Assembly (NCBI GenBank): GCA_965262115.1 | Contig: OZ253496.1 | Location: 1,920,001 to 1,984,000 of the forward strand | Direction: 5' to 3' | Source: Nitrospinales bacterium | GTDB taxonomy: Bacteria > Nitrospinota > Nitrospinia > Nitrospinales > VA-1 | Length of the DNA: 64,000 nt | Part shown: one piece after another, positions 54,419 to 64,000 of the stretch | Layout of the letters: each line of letters begins with the position of its first letter | Position numbering within the stretch: the first letter of the stretch is position 1 | Translations under genes and position numbers: made by a program | Notes under the pieces: generated by a model | Seen by the model: only the letters and a program-made list of their open reading frames with translations | Told to the model about the DNA's origin: nothing | The model's database searches: none

Positions 54419-55483
54419 ATGGAAAAGAACATCAAATCTGTTTTAGTGATCGGCCTTGGGCGCGTAGGAAGTCTGGCCGCGATCTTATTGCAGTCGAACG
54501 GAGTTCAGGTCACGGGTTTTGATACCAGCCCGGATGAGGATTTCCCGTTCGAGGTGATTACAGCGTCGGTTGCAGATGAACCTGCGTTGGAGCAGGCGAT
54601 TGCAGGACACGATGCCGTGTTGACCTGTCTGTCGTTTCATTTGAATCTGGCAGTGGCCAAAAAAGTTCACCAGGCAGGCAAGCATTATTTTGACCTGACC
54701 GAAGATATCCCTACCACAACCGCCATCCGGGAAATGGAAAAATCGGCAAAGGGGCTCATGGCTCCGCAATGTGGACTGGCTCCCGGGTTTGTCGGAATTT
54801 GCGGCGCCCATCTTGCTAAGGGATTCGAACGCCTGCGCAGTATGGAACTTCGGGTCGGGGCTTTGCCACAGCATCCGCGCGGACTTCTCGGCTATGCTTT
54901 CAACTGGTCTGCGGAAGGAGTGGTCAACGAATACCTCAATGATTGCGAAGTCATTCAGGATGGGCAAAGGGCCAGCGTGCCTGCGATGGAAGGATTGGAA
55001 ACCATCGTGATTGATGGCGTGCAACTCGAAGCCTTCACCACCTCAGGAGGGTTGGGCACTTTGTGCGAAACCTATGATGGCAAGATGAGCCATTTAAACT
55101 ATAAAACCATTCGTTATCCCGGGCATGGCCAGTTGATGCGGTTTTTCTTTAACGAGCTATATATGAGAGACCGCAGAAAAGAGGCGGGAGAAATTCTGGT
55201 TCACGCCAAGCCGCCGGTCAAGGATGATGTTGTTTACGTCCATGTTGCGGTGGAGGGGTGGAAGGAAGGCAAGCTGGCCCGGGATGAATTTGTGCGCAGT
55301 TATTTCCCCAGAGAGATAAAAGCAAGATACTGGAAAGCCATTTCCTGGACCACCGCCGCGTCGGTCTGCGCGGTCATTGAACTGGTTTCACAGGGAAGTC
55401 TGCCGCGTCAGGGATTTTTAAAGCAGGAGGATATATCGCTTGAACTGCTATTGAACACATCAACCGGACAATTTTTTAAATAG
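54419..55483 (+). CDS. Saccharopine dehydrogenase / lysine dehydrogenase family oxidoreductase
   Basis: GLGRVG, HYFDLTED, CGLAPG, YKTIRYPGH. Confidence 0.88.
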   Translation: MEKNIKSVLVIGLGRVGSLAAILLQSNGVQVTGFDTSPDEDFPFEVITASVADEPALEQAIAGHDAVLTCLSFHLNLAVAKKVHQAGKHYFDLTEDIPTTTAIREMEKSAKGLMAPQCGLAPGFVGICGAHLAKGFERLRSMELRVGALPQHPRGLLGYAFNWSAEGVVNEYLNDCEVIQDGQRASVPAMEGLETIVIDGVQLEAFTTSGGLGTLCETYDGKMSHLNYKTIRYPGHGQLMRFFFNELYMRDRRKEAGEILVHAKPPVKDDVVYVHVAVEGWKEGKLARDEFVRSYFPREIKARYWKAISWTTAASVCAVIELVSQGSLPRQGFLKQEDISLELLLNTSTGQFFK

Positions 55484-55509
55484 TTTTGGTGATCAGCGAT
55501 CAAGAGATC

Positions 55510-56103
55510 CTAAGTGTAGGTGTGGACCTTGATGGCGGGGTCTAGTTGAGCCCGGAGATGGTTTTCGATGACCCGCAGGGTGCCGCCTGTAGCACTCGGG
55601 CATCCCCCGCAAGCCCCTTGATAACGGATCCGGACAATGGGTCCCTCCACTTCGATCACTTCCAGGCCCCCACCATCGTTTGCCAGAGCAGGGCGGACGG
55701 ATGAGTCAAGAACGGCCTCAACAATGATGACTTTTTCTTCATCGGAAAGTTGGGGATATTTTTCCATGTCAAAATCATCAAGAATGGATGCAGAAACTTC
55801 ATCGTCGCCTTCCGCATATTTCCCCAAATCCGCTTCGATAATATTTTTGATCTTGTCCTTAAAAACCACCCAAAGGTCGGCGGAGGTCAGAGTGACCGAA
55901 ACAAAATTCTCGCGCAAATAGACCATGTCAACGATATCAAGGGCGAACATATTGTAGGCAAAGGCATCAGCCTCCAGAAAGCCACCCTCTTGAATGGTTT
56001 TGGAGCCGGATTCGACCACGGTCTGGTCCAGAATAAATTTCACCGAGCGAGGGTTGGGGGTCAGCTCGATCTTCACAACGGAAAAAGTTTGGGTTTCCTG
56101 CAT
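55510..56103 (-). CDS. Nfu/NifU-family Fe-S carrier
   Basis: TPNP N-domain, VRPALANDGG, GACGGCPS. Confidence 0.9.
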   Translation of the reverse strand: MQETQTFSVVKIELTPNPRSVKFILDQTVVESGSKTIQEGGFLEADAFAYNMFALDIVDMVYLRENFVSVTLTSADLWVVFKDKIKNIIEADLGKYAEGDDEVSASILDDFDMEKYPQLSDEEKVIIVEAVLDSSVRPALANDGGGLEVIEVEGPIVRIRYQGACGGCPSATGGTLRVIENHLRAQLDPAIKVHTYT

Positions 56104-56323
56104 GGCTCTTCCTTAAAGGGTTAGTCTTTCTTTCCTAGGGTAGGATGGATTCCGGGGGTAGGATGGATTCTGGGCAAATCGGGTTCAAATTTTTTGCCGT
56201 TCAGGTTTTCCTACCTCGACAAAGGATTATACAGGTTTTATATAAAATATAAATAGATAAGTGTATCTTTTTTATGGGTTGATTGTCCTAAAACCAGGTT
56301 TTTATGCCGAAGAGGGTTGAAAA

Positions 56324-56992
56324 ATGAAGATGACCGATCCGGTCAAGAGTTTTGTGAAGAATGATTCTGGGTGTGCCGCAGTTTTTGAGGAATTGAATAT
56401 CGATTTCTGTTGTGGAGGCGATGTATCTCTTCAAACTGCCTGTGAGGAACAGGGTCTTAAAACTGATGAGGTCCATCAACGTCTGATGGAATTGGAATCC
56501 CCCACCAGCGATACAAACATTTCAAACTTAACACCGGCAGAATTGACCCCCCATATCGAGTCCACGCATCATGTTTATTTGAAGGAGGTGCTACCGCGTT
56601 TGACAGCATTGATGGAAAAAGTTTTTCAGGCGCATTCATCCCGATATCCCGAATTAAAACCATTGCGGTCTGTCGTTGAAAATTTGCGTGCAGACCTCGA
56701 ACCGCATTTGCTCAAGGAAGAACGGGTTTTGTTTCCCCTGATACGCAAACTGGAGCGGGATTCTTTAGGCTTAAAAATGAAGGCCGCAGAGGGTCCGATC
56801 CGGGTCATGCGTCAGGAGCACGATAGGGCAGGAGAGTTGTTAAAAGAAATGAGGGCATTGGCGAACGGTTATGTTGCGCCGAAAGATGACTGCCAGTTCT
56901 TTCAACTTTTGTATACGGAGCTCAGGAAACTGGAAGAAGACACGCACCTGCACATCCACAAAGAAAATAATTTATTGTTTTCGGCCCTCTAG
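56324..56992 (+). CDS. ric: Iron-sulfur cluster repair di-iron protein
   Basis: IDFCCGG, THH, HLLKEERVLFP, EHD, HIHKENN. Confidence 0.92.
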   Translation: MKMTDPVKSFVKNDSGCAAVFEELNIDFCCGGDVSLQTACEEQGLKTDEVHQRLMELESPTSDTNISNLTPAELTPHIESTHHVYLKEVLPRLTALMEKVFQAHSSRYPELKPLRSVVENLRADLEPHLLKEERVLFPLIRKLERDSLGLKMKAAEGPIRVMRQEHDRAGELLKEMRALANGYVAPKDDCQFFQLLYTELRKLEEDTHLHIHKENNLLFSAL

Positions 56993-57046
56993 CGAGGGAG
57001 GCAGATAGCAATAACTCGTTGGGCCGAGTGGCCGATTGAGGGCAAG

Positions 57047-57553
57047 TTAGAGATATTGCCATTTGCACCCGGTGTCTACACCGGGCCCCTGATATGGGGG
57101 GGCAACTTCATGACTATAGAATTTGCTCAAGGCTTCATGCGTGGCAGGGGTTAAAGGAGGCAACGCGCTTGCTGCGCAATTATTGGCCACCTGTTGGGGA
57201 TTTTTAGAGCCCGGAATCACCACACGCACCGCCTCAAAATCGAGAACCCATCGCAAGGCGAACTGCGACAGGTTTTCCGGCGTAAATTTTTTCAGGTCGT
57301 CAACGAGTTCGAGTCCTTTTTCAGAGGGAAGTCCGGCAAAGGTTTCCCCGACATTAAACTCCTGCCCGTCCCGGTTGAAATTGCGATGATCGTTATCGGC
57401 AAACTCGAATCGCTTTTCAATTTGCCGGAGAGCAGTCCTGATGCGAGCGGCAGGCGGACGATGAGAGCCACCTGTTTTTCCTGCGCCTCCTTGCTGCCAG
57501 GCGCCCAGCCCAATTTCTGAAACTTTGGTATTGCCAAATGTCCGGTATTTCAT
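57047..57553 (-). pseudogene. Aldo/keto reductase remnant (internal deletion, frameshift)
   Basis: MKYRTFG..VSEIGLGAWQ start, RLPLASGLLSGK in a second frame, QFALRW...VIPG end. Confidence 0.75.
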
Positions 57554-57586
57554 GCCCGCCTCGTTAAAAAATGATAAATTCAGGAG

Positions 57587-58096
57587 ATGAACCCTTATTC
57601 ACTTAACCGCTTGTTTTGTTCCGTCGGCCATAGCATTTTTATTCCTGCAGCAAAAGGAATTTTCGCTATTCTTGTGTTCAGCGGAATTGGTGGGCCACAG
57701 GCGGCATTGGCAGTAGACTTTAAAACCTATCTTGAGGGAGCCCAGGCGGAAATTTCGCGGCACAAGGAAATCATTCGCGAAGACCCTCTGGATGCGGCCT
57801 CCTATTTTGAACTGGGCAGAGCATACCTCGCTCTGGGGAGGCACGAAGAAGAGGTGCAAGCCTATCAGAAGGCGATCCAACTCAACCCCAAATACATTGC
57901 GGCGCATTATAATCTGAGTCTGGCTTACGATTTATTAAAGGATGGCCCCAATGCTACCAAGCACATGCTCCTTGCTCTGAACCTGTATTCTGAAAAAAGG
58001 AACCATGTCCGAGTAAGAAATGTGCAACGCCAATTAAAACGCCTGCATTTAAAATACCCCGGCAAACAAACGATGACACCGGAAAGCCTGAATTAA
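57587..58096 (+). CDS. TPR protein
   Basis: SYFELGRAY, AIQLNP..AHYNL repeats. Confidence 0.8.
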   Translation: MNPYSLNRLFCSVGHSIFIPAAKGIFAILVFSGIGGPQAALAVDFKTYLEGAQAEISRHKEIIREDPLDAASYFELGRAYLALGRHEEEVQAYQKAIQLNPKYIAAHYNLSLAYDLLKDGPNATKHMLLALNLYSEKRNHVRVRNVQRQLKRLHLKYPGKQTMTPESLN

Positions 58097-58273
58097 CCGG
58101 GTGTTGCAAATGGAAACCGGCATTGTAAAAATGATTTATCCTTTAAGGGTTGATTTTTCGATGATTAATCAACTTAAACAAAAGTAATAGCGTTTTTCTT
58201 GCCGATCACAAAAAGATTTTTCCTCCAGTTTTACCCAATTGCAATCCCATACATTGAAGGCTAGTATTAAGGC

Positions 58274-58513
58274 ATGGAACGAGATTTTGAACCGTTAAAA
58301 ACCCGGCTTCGGGTTATCTGTGATCGGCTGGATGAGGACGAGCAACTCTATTTTCGTCCGCTCATTGAAAAATTCAAGGGACAGACCCAGGAGTTCCAGC
58401 GCATCATGCGCGACCTCGGCAAGTTCGGAGAAAAAATCGGAGACGGGAGCAAGTTCCAGGTCTACCGGGAAATCCAGCATCTTTTTGATGACGCGTTTCG
58501 CAAAAACAAGTGA
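58274..58513 (+). CDS. Hypothetical protein
   Basis: 79-aa ORF heading the acyP/ABC gene run. Confidence 0.55.
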   Translation: MERDFEPLKTRLRVICDRLDEDEQLYFRPLIEKFKGQTQEFQRIMRDLGKFGEKIGDGSKFQVYREIQHLFDDAFRKNK

Positions 58514-58530
58514 TCGGATAGAAAAGGGCC

Positions 58531-58803
58531 ATGTTGATGAGTGTCCATCTTATTGCGCGCGGTCGGGTGCAGGGAGTTTGGTTCAGGGCTGGCACACGCG
58601 AGCAAGCTTTGCAACTGGGCCTATGTGGTTGGACAAAAAATTGCCCGGATGGTACGGTAGAAATCCATGCTGAAGGAGAAAAAGAAACCCTTGAACAGTT
58701 TATCAACTGGTGCAGAAAGGGCACACCCTCGGCCGAGGTCTCTGCTCTGGATATTGAGTGGGTCGACCCTAAGGGCTTAAACTCTTTTGAGAGTATTCAT
58801 TAG
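58531..58803 (+). CDS. acyP: Acylphosphatase
   Basis: GRVQGVWFR, GW.KN..DGTVE. Confidence 0.92.
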   Translation: MLMSVHLIARGRVQGVWFRAGTREQALQLGLCGWTKNCPDGTVEIHAEGEKETLEQFINWCRKGTPSAEVSALDIEWVDPKGLNSFESIH

Positions 58804-59546
58804 TGATATCCATCAACGGGCTGGTTAAAAAATACGACACGCTCCTGGCGGTCGACGGACTCAACCTGGAGATCCCCGCCGGGGAGCTGTTTGGTTTCAT
58901 CGGTCCCAATGGTGCCGGCAAAACCACCACCATCAAACTTTTAGTCGGCCTGCTCAAACCTTCTTCCGGAACCATCCATATCGATGGGATAGATCTGAAG
59001 CAAGACTCCATTCAGGTAAAAAAAATCATCGGCTACATCCCCGACCGACCCTTCCTCTATCACAAACTGACAGGGTGGGAATATCTGGAGTTTGTCGCCG
59101 GTCTGTATTCCATGGATGAGGACATGGCGCGCGACAAGGCAGAAAATTTTTTCAGCTTTTTTGATTTGAAAGACTTTGCTGATGAACTGATCTAAGGCTA
59201 CTCGCATGGCATGAGGCAGAAGCTTGTTATTGCAGGGGCGTTGATCCACGACCCCAAGGTGGTCATTGTCGATGAGCCTCTGGTGGGGCTTGATCCCAAG
59301 GGTGCGCGCCAAGTGAAACAATTGTTTCAGGATTTATGTGAAAACGGCACGACGATTTTCATGTCCACTCATTCTTTGGGAGTGGCCGAGACCATGTGCC
59401 ATAGAGTGGGCATCATCCAGAAAGGAAAAATGATAGCAATAGGAACGGTGGACCAGTTGCGCTCCCAGGCCGAACACCAGCACGGCGACCTGGAAGATGT
59501 TTTTCTAAAGTTGACCCAAGCCACGCCTGATAGTAACGACCAATAG
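58803..59546 (+). pseudogene. ABC transporter ATP-binding protein with internal TAA (59193-95)
   Basis: GPNGAGKTT; stop falls just before GYSHGMRQK; VDEP, STH in the same frame. Confidence 0.85.
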
Positions 59547-59576
59547 CTAATTTTGGCGGCAACAGGTTAGCTGGGT

Positions 59577-60794
59577 TTACTTTTTTCTCTTTTTAAACAC
59601 CACTTCGACCGTCAGGGTTTTATCATCGCGGCGAATTTGGAAGGTGGAGCGGTCATCAAAGTTTTTGCTTTGCAGGAGTTCCAACACATCGTCGATCCCC
59701 GTTAGAGTTTTGTCGTCCATGCTGAGTAACTGATCCCCAGATTTCATGCCAGCAGTTTGGGCGTTGGAGTTTGCGCCCACGAACTTAATGCGCACCTTAC
59801 CACCTTTTTCCTGAGTAAGGCGCACTCCCAGTTTTACCTTATTCTGACTGGGTACCCGGTATTCCACTTTCCAGGCATAGTCTGAGGCGTAAAGCGGGAT
59901 GGAGACTTTCTCCACCTTCATTTCCCGGTCTTTCAATGATTCTGGGATATGGGTGATGCTGGGTAATATGATGGAATACTGATGAGGAATTCTTCGGTAA
60001 GCGCGTTTTGGGATGCCGAATCCATATTGAATATGAAACCCGCCTGCCAGCACCACCAGCTTTTTATCCTTGTTAGCGGGATGGCGTAAAAATTCTGCCA
60101 CGGTCTGAGCCATGGTTTCTTCCCACAGCAATAACATGCTATAAGGTTTTTCCAGCGCTTTTGCTTTGTGCCCACCGAAGGCGGACATTGAGAAAGCCCG
60201 ATGATAAGGGTCGGTTTCGTCTATTTCCGGATACAGCGTGTCGCCGGGTGCCGCGTCGCCTGAGCGAAAATGGTTTTCCACCTCGCGGGTGGGTTTGAGT
60301 CCGATCAAAGGCAGGCCTTTGAATTTGGCGAATTCGAATATCGGTTGGTAGAGGCCAAACCCGCTGCCCCAGTTGGTGTGGAAGAGATTTTTAAATTCCC
60401 GGTTAGAAAGTCGCCGCTGATGAAAGAGGTCGAGTTTTTCTTGGGCCGAGCGACGGAACATTTCCAGTCCGATTGCCAACGGATATTTTTCTGCCAGAAG
60501 TTGAATGATCTGCAACTGAACTTTATGGGCTTCGATATTGTCGTGGGTTTCACCGATGTAAATGACCCGGGAGGCCGAAATGGAGTCCATCATCTGTTCC
60601 CGGCTGACCACCAATCCGGTCGGAAGATGGAGGATTTCGCCCACGTCCAGATCTGCCAGATTCTTGTAAGGAGACCCGGCATGTGGCACCGCAAATTCTT
60701 CGGCATAACCCTCGCGGGATAAAAGCAATAAGCAGAATAAAAACAAGGTTGTCAGGACAATACGGGGGCTTTGGGTGAGCGGATTTAGGCTCAT
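59577..60794 (-). CDS. ChaN-family (cofactor/heme-binding) protein with C-terminal PDZ domain
   Basis: IGETHDN, GLEMF, WEETMA, AGGFH; PDZ AGMKSGD. Confidence 0.8.
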   Translation of the reverse strand: MSLNPLTQSPRIVLTTLFLFCLLLLSREGYAEEFAVPHAGSPYKNLADLDVGEILHLPTGLVVSREQMMDSISASRVIYIGETHDNIEAHKVQLQIIQLLAEKYPLAIGLEMFRRSAQEKLDLFHQRRLSNREFKNLFHTNWGSGFGLYQPIFEFAKFKGLPLIGLKPTREVENHFRSGDAAPGDTLYPEIDETDPYHRAFSMSAFGGHKAKALEKPYSMLLLWEETMAQTVAEFLRHPANKDKKLVVLAGGFHIQYGFGIPKRAYRRIPHQYSIILPSITHIPESLKDREMKVEKVSIPLYASDYAWKVEYRVPSQNKVKLGVRLTQEKGGKVRIKFVGANSNAQTAGMKSGDQLLSMDDKTLTGIDDVLELLQSKNFDDRSTFQIRRDDKTLTVEVVFKKRKK

Positions 60795-60806
60795 TATTTT
60801 AGGGTC

Positions 60807-60835
60807 TTGACTTTATGTGAATTTTTGTCGATAAT
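60807..60835 (+). promoter_or_regulatory. sigma70-like promoter of rpsU
   Basis: TTGACT-17 bp-GATAAT. Confidence 0.45.
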
Positions 60836-60962
60836 CTCAACCTTCGCATTAGGATGGCTTCTCTGCATGGCGCAGAAGCATTGGGGGGTTCGAATCATTA
60901 TTTTGTGCCATCAAAAATGATGTTCAACCTGGTTAAAAACTCAGGGTAGGAGGTAGAGGTTT

Positions 60963-61166
60963 TTGGAAGTAACAGTTTACCAAAATCAGGTTGAAAAAGC
61001 CTTAAAAGTCTTGAAACGTCAAATGACCAAGGAAGGCCTGCTGAAAGAGCTTAAGCGCCGCAGGTTTTATGAGAAGCCTTCCGTAAAGAAAAAGCGCAAG
61101 CAAAAAGAAGCCAAGAAGAAAAGAAAAGCCGCCATGCGTCGCCTACGATCCTACAACCGGCTTTAA
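60963..61166 (+). CDS. rpsU: 30S ribosomal protein S21
   Basis: EKALKVLKR, RRFYEKPS; GGAGG RBS. Confidence 0.95.
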   Translation: MEVTVYQNQVEKALKVLKRQMTKEGLLKELKRRRFYEKPSVKKKRKQKEAKKKRKAAMRRLRSYNRL

Positions 61167-61206
61167 GTTTCATCCGCCTTCAAATCATGAAGGACGTGTT
61201 TCACCC

Positions 61207-61968
61207 TTAGGCATCATCCTGCATTTTTTTCTGACGCAAATTTTCGTAGAAGACTACCGCGCTGGCTGACGCTGCGTTCAAGGATTCCAATTGTCCTTTC
61301 ATGGGGATCGTGAGCGTGACATCGCAGGATTTTTTCAGCAAAGGTCGAATGCCTTTTTCCTCTCCTCCAATGACCAGGGCCACCGGGGTATTGAACTTGT
61401 ATTGGTAACATGGCATCTCTCCATCAGGCATGACACCTGCGACCCAGAATCCGGCTTCTTTGAGTTGTTCAATACAGCGAGCCAAATTGGTGACCCAGGC
61501 GATGGGCAAATGTTCGATGGCTCCCGAGGAACATTTAGCCACTGTTTCGTTCAGGGCCGATGTTCCGTGTTTAGGTAGGATCATCCCCTGAACTCCCAGA
61601 GTTTCCGCTGATCGGATGATCGCTCCCAGGTTTTGCGGGTCCTGAATTCCGTCCAGAATGACGAGCGTCGGCAGGGAAGTTTTTTCAAACGCGGATTCGA
61701 TCAAGCTTTCCAGTTCCAGAGTTGTGATGATGGAAAAGTATCCCGCGATCCCCTGATGCACCTGGTTTTTGAATTTATTATTGAAGGCAGTCTTGGGCAA
61801 GGGCTCGATGGGAATTCGTTTTTCCCTGGCCAGTTCGATCACAGCCTGGATCCTTGCGGGGGTTTTGCCTTGCTCCACAATGAGCCTGTAGCAACGCCGC
61901 TTAGAGGCTAAAAGTGCCTCCCGTACGGGATTGATTCCAACAATTAAAGATTGTTCTGTAGGTTTCAT
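61207..61968 (-). CDS. rlmB: 23S rRNA (G2251-2'-O)-methyltransferase
   Basis: HQGI, LDGIQDPQNLGAIIRSA, GGEEKG, IPM.G..ESLNAS. Confidence 0.92.
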   Translation of the reverse strand: MKPTEQSLIVGINPVREALLASKRRCYRLIVEQGKTPARIQAVIELAREKRIPIEPLPKTAFNNKFKNQVHQGIAGYFSIITTLELESLIESAFEKTSLPTLVILDGIQDPQNLGAIIRSAETLGVQGMILPKHGTSALNETVAKCSSGAIEHLPIAWVTNLARCIEQLKEAGFWVAGVMPDGEMPCYQYKFNTPVALVIGGEEKGIRPLLKKSCDVTLTIPMKGQLESLNAASASAVVFYENLRQKKMQDDA

Positions 61969-62223
61969 TGGCGGTGAAATGAAATAAGGTCTAAGGCGGT
62001 GAAATGAAATAAGGCCTAAAAGAGTGCCGGGCTTTTTGCTGGACGAAAAGCCACAAATGAACTATAATATTATGAAAACAATGGATTTAGCCAGCCAGAA
62101 TCCATCGGTGATTGCTGAGCGGTTATGAACCGGTTTTGCTCCTTTTCCTCGAAAAAAATTTTCTTTCCCGCGAAAAAACCGCGAAGGCTATTTTAACCTT
62201 TTTCTGCAATCCGTAAACCTCAT

Positions 62224-64000
62224 ATGCCGCTTTATCGCAAAAGGATAATTTTTTATTCCCTGTTTACCTTAGTGCTCGGGGTGATCTCTGTCTGTTCTCT
62301 GGCCTATTACCAGTTGCGTAATTTGGAAGAGATCAAGACGGTTGCTATAGAGAAGCTGGAGGAATTGACCCAGCGGGAAGTGAAAATCGGTGATGCGGAG
62401 ATGGATATTTTCCGCGGCCTCAGTGTTCGCCTGAAAGATGTCTCGGTCAAGTCTCGGTTTGCCGAGGAACCGGAACTGACGGCTCGCAGTGTGTGGGTGG
62501 TGGTCCAATTATTGCCGCTACTGGTTAAACAGGTTGAGGTCAAGAAAATCATTATTCAGGGGGCATCCATCCGTGTGGTTCGGAATGCCGAGGGGCGGTT
62601 CAGTTTAGGCGATGTGAAAAAGCGGATCACTCAACCCGCCGAAAGCGGTTTGTTCAAAGTTTTAAAAATCAGTCTCATGAATCAGCTCATGGTGGAAGAT
62701 GGGGCCATACATTTTCAGGACTATTTAAACCGTCCTCCTGAAAGCCCTTTGCCGCTGGACCTGGAGCATATTCATTTTTCCGTGCGAAAAAATCTTCTCG
62801 ACTCCCCTTTTCAATTCAATTTGAAGGGGGAAATCCTTAGCGGGAGTTCGCCCACCGCTTTCCAGGTTTCCGGAGCGTTCGACAATTTTTCTGAAGGCCA
62901 GGGTTTTACCGGCATTTCTATTAATGGCAAGGTCAGGGTCGATGAACTGAATGTTTCAAACTTTAAGCCCTACTTGAAAAAGGTCCTGGCTAAAGCTCCT
63001 GAAGGCAGCTTATTGTCTTTGGACTCCAGCTTTTCAGGGAATCTCGGTGGTTTCCTGAAAACGGAAGGCACGCTGAAATATTCTTCCGACTCAAATAAAA
63101 AGCAGGCAACATTGAGAGATGCCCGTGTGCCTCACCGTGGTGGCTTGGAATACAAGATTTCCTTGGAAAAAGACTCCCTTTATATTGAAGAGTTGAAATC
63201 GGAATCAGAGCCTTTTAAATTCACGGCCAGAGCTTCCCTCACAAATTTTCTTTCCAAAGATCCTTCTGTGTCCATTGATCTGGTTTCCGATCCATTTCAG
63301 GTTAATAAAAGTGTCGATTACTTGCCGTTAAAGTTTTTTCCGGAGGAGTTTCATGCGTTAGTGCAATCCCGGTTTAAAAACGGTTCGATAAAAATAAAGT
63401 CACTAAAATTCGAAGGAAGTCTGGATCAGCTTCGGGAACTGGCGCAAGAAAAAAACCGGGGTTTGATTTCTTCAGAACTTGAAATGAAGCATGTGAACTG
63501 GCAGTCCCCCTTGCCGGCATTACAGAATGTGACGGGAGCTTTCAGTGTGATTAAGGGAAACGCCACTTTACATATTTCTAAAGCCAGTTATGAAAATCAA
63601 CCTATCACCAATGTTCGCGGAACCATCAATAACTTCATGACACGGCCATTAGTGGATCTTAAAGTCGAAAACCAAGTGGAAATGAGTCAGTTTCATAGAA
63701 CCCTCAAGAAGATTTTCAAGGGGCACCCCTTGTTCGATTCCATTGCGATTTACGATGAATTTGAAGGAACCGCGAAAGTCCTTCTGGACGTGAAGGGTCC
63801 GTTGGATGATTTCGACAGGTTGGCGATCTCGGGGAAGATAGGCATGCAGAACATTTCCCTTAACGAGAAAGGGTTTGAGCCACGACTGAAAAACATCAAT
63901 GGGGAAATTATTTACACCCACACTCCAGAGGCGGAAAAGCGCAAAGACGCTTCCTGGATTCCGGTCATCAGGTATGACAACCTTTCCGGAAATTTTTCCA
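62224..64000 (+). CDS. AsmA/YhdP-like protein, 3'-truncated by window edge (not in ORF track)
   Basis: ATG 62224, N-terminal TM, then LEELTQREVKIG...LLPLL...VRNAEGRF AsmA-type start; frame appears to stay open to the edge. Confidence 0.75.
   Translation, partial: MPLYRKRIIFYSLFTLVLGVISVCSLAYYQLRNLEEIKTVAIEKLEELTQREVKIGDAEMDIFRGLSVRLKDVSVKSRFAEEPELTARSVWVVVQLLPLLVKQVEVKKIIIQGASIRVVRNAEGRFSLGDVKKRITQPAESGLFKVLKISLMNQLMVEDGAIHFQDYLNRPPESPLPLDLEHIHFSVRKNLLDSPFQFNLKGEILSGSSPTAFQVSGAFDNFSEGQGFTGISINGKVRVDELNVSNFKPYLKKVLAKAPEGSLLSLDSSFSGNLGGFLKTEGTLKYSSDSNKKQATLRDARVPHRGGLEYKISLEKDSLYIEELKSESEPFKFTARASLTNFLSKDPSVSIDLVSDPFQVNKSVDYLPLKFFPEEFHALVQSRFKNGSIKIKSLKFEGSLDQLRELAQEKNRGLISSELEMKHVNWQSPLPALQNVTGAFSVIKGNATLHISKASYENQPITNVRGTINNFMTRPLVDLKVENQVEMSQFHRTLKKIFKGHPLFDSIAIYDEFEGTAKVLLDVKGPLDDFDRLAISGKIGMQNISLNEKGFEPRLKNINGEIIYTHTPEAEKRKDASWIPVIRYDNLSGNFS

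Noticed and set aside
56240..56275. NsrR/Rrf2 operator between nfu and ric
   Set aside because: AT-rich with only a weak agat...atct dyad; plausible by context but not supportable from the sequence

Overview
A 64-kb bacterial chromosomal window. Gene content (cytochrome c fused to a DMSO-reductase-II heme-b domain, LRR expansion, stand-alone nuoB and nuoF/hydB-like genes) suggests a Nitrospina-like nitrite oxidiser; this is inference only. Core-type genes (AmgK-like kinase, lptG, Ppx/GppA, ilvB, pepA, oppA-like, hemG, nfu, ric, acyP, rpsU, rlmB, tRNA-His, tRNA-Leu) flank an accessory zone (~7.6-25.3 kb). That zone runs from tRNA-His to a tRNA-Lys 3' remnant and holds IS30 and IS3 remnants, two IS110 copies, TPR/Sel1 genes, a GNAT and a fused ATPase-TOPRIM (PARIS/OLD-like) candidate defence gene. 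The most striking signal is non-coding. A ~39-41-bp repeat (TACCC-hairpin-GGGCAYGAAG...ATCACR) occurs about 20 times and behaves as a mobile unit: it sits without target duplication in an IS3 reading frame, in three other repeat families whose empty forms are also in the window, and in itself. Both IS110 (IS621-like bridge-recombinase) copies are inserted in its hairpin, and the target-guide segments of their predicted bridge RNAs differ at exactly the base where their two target sites differ.
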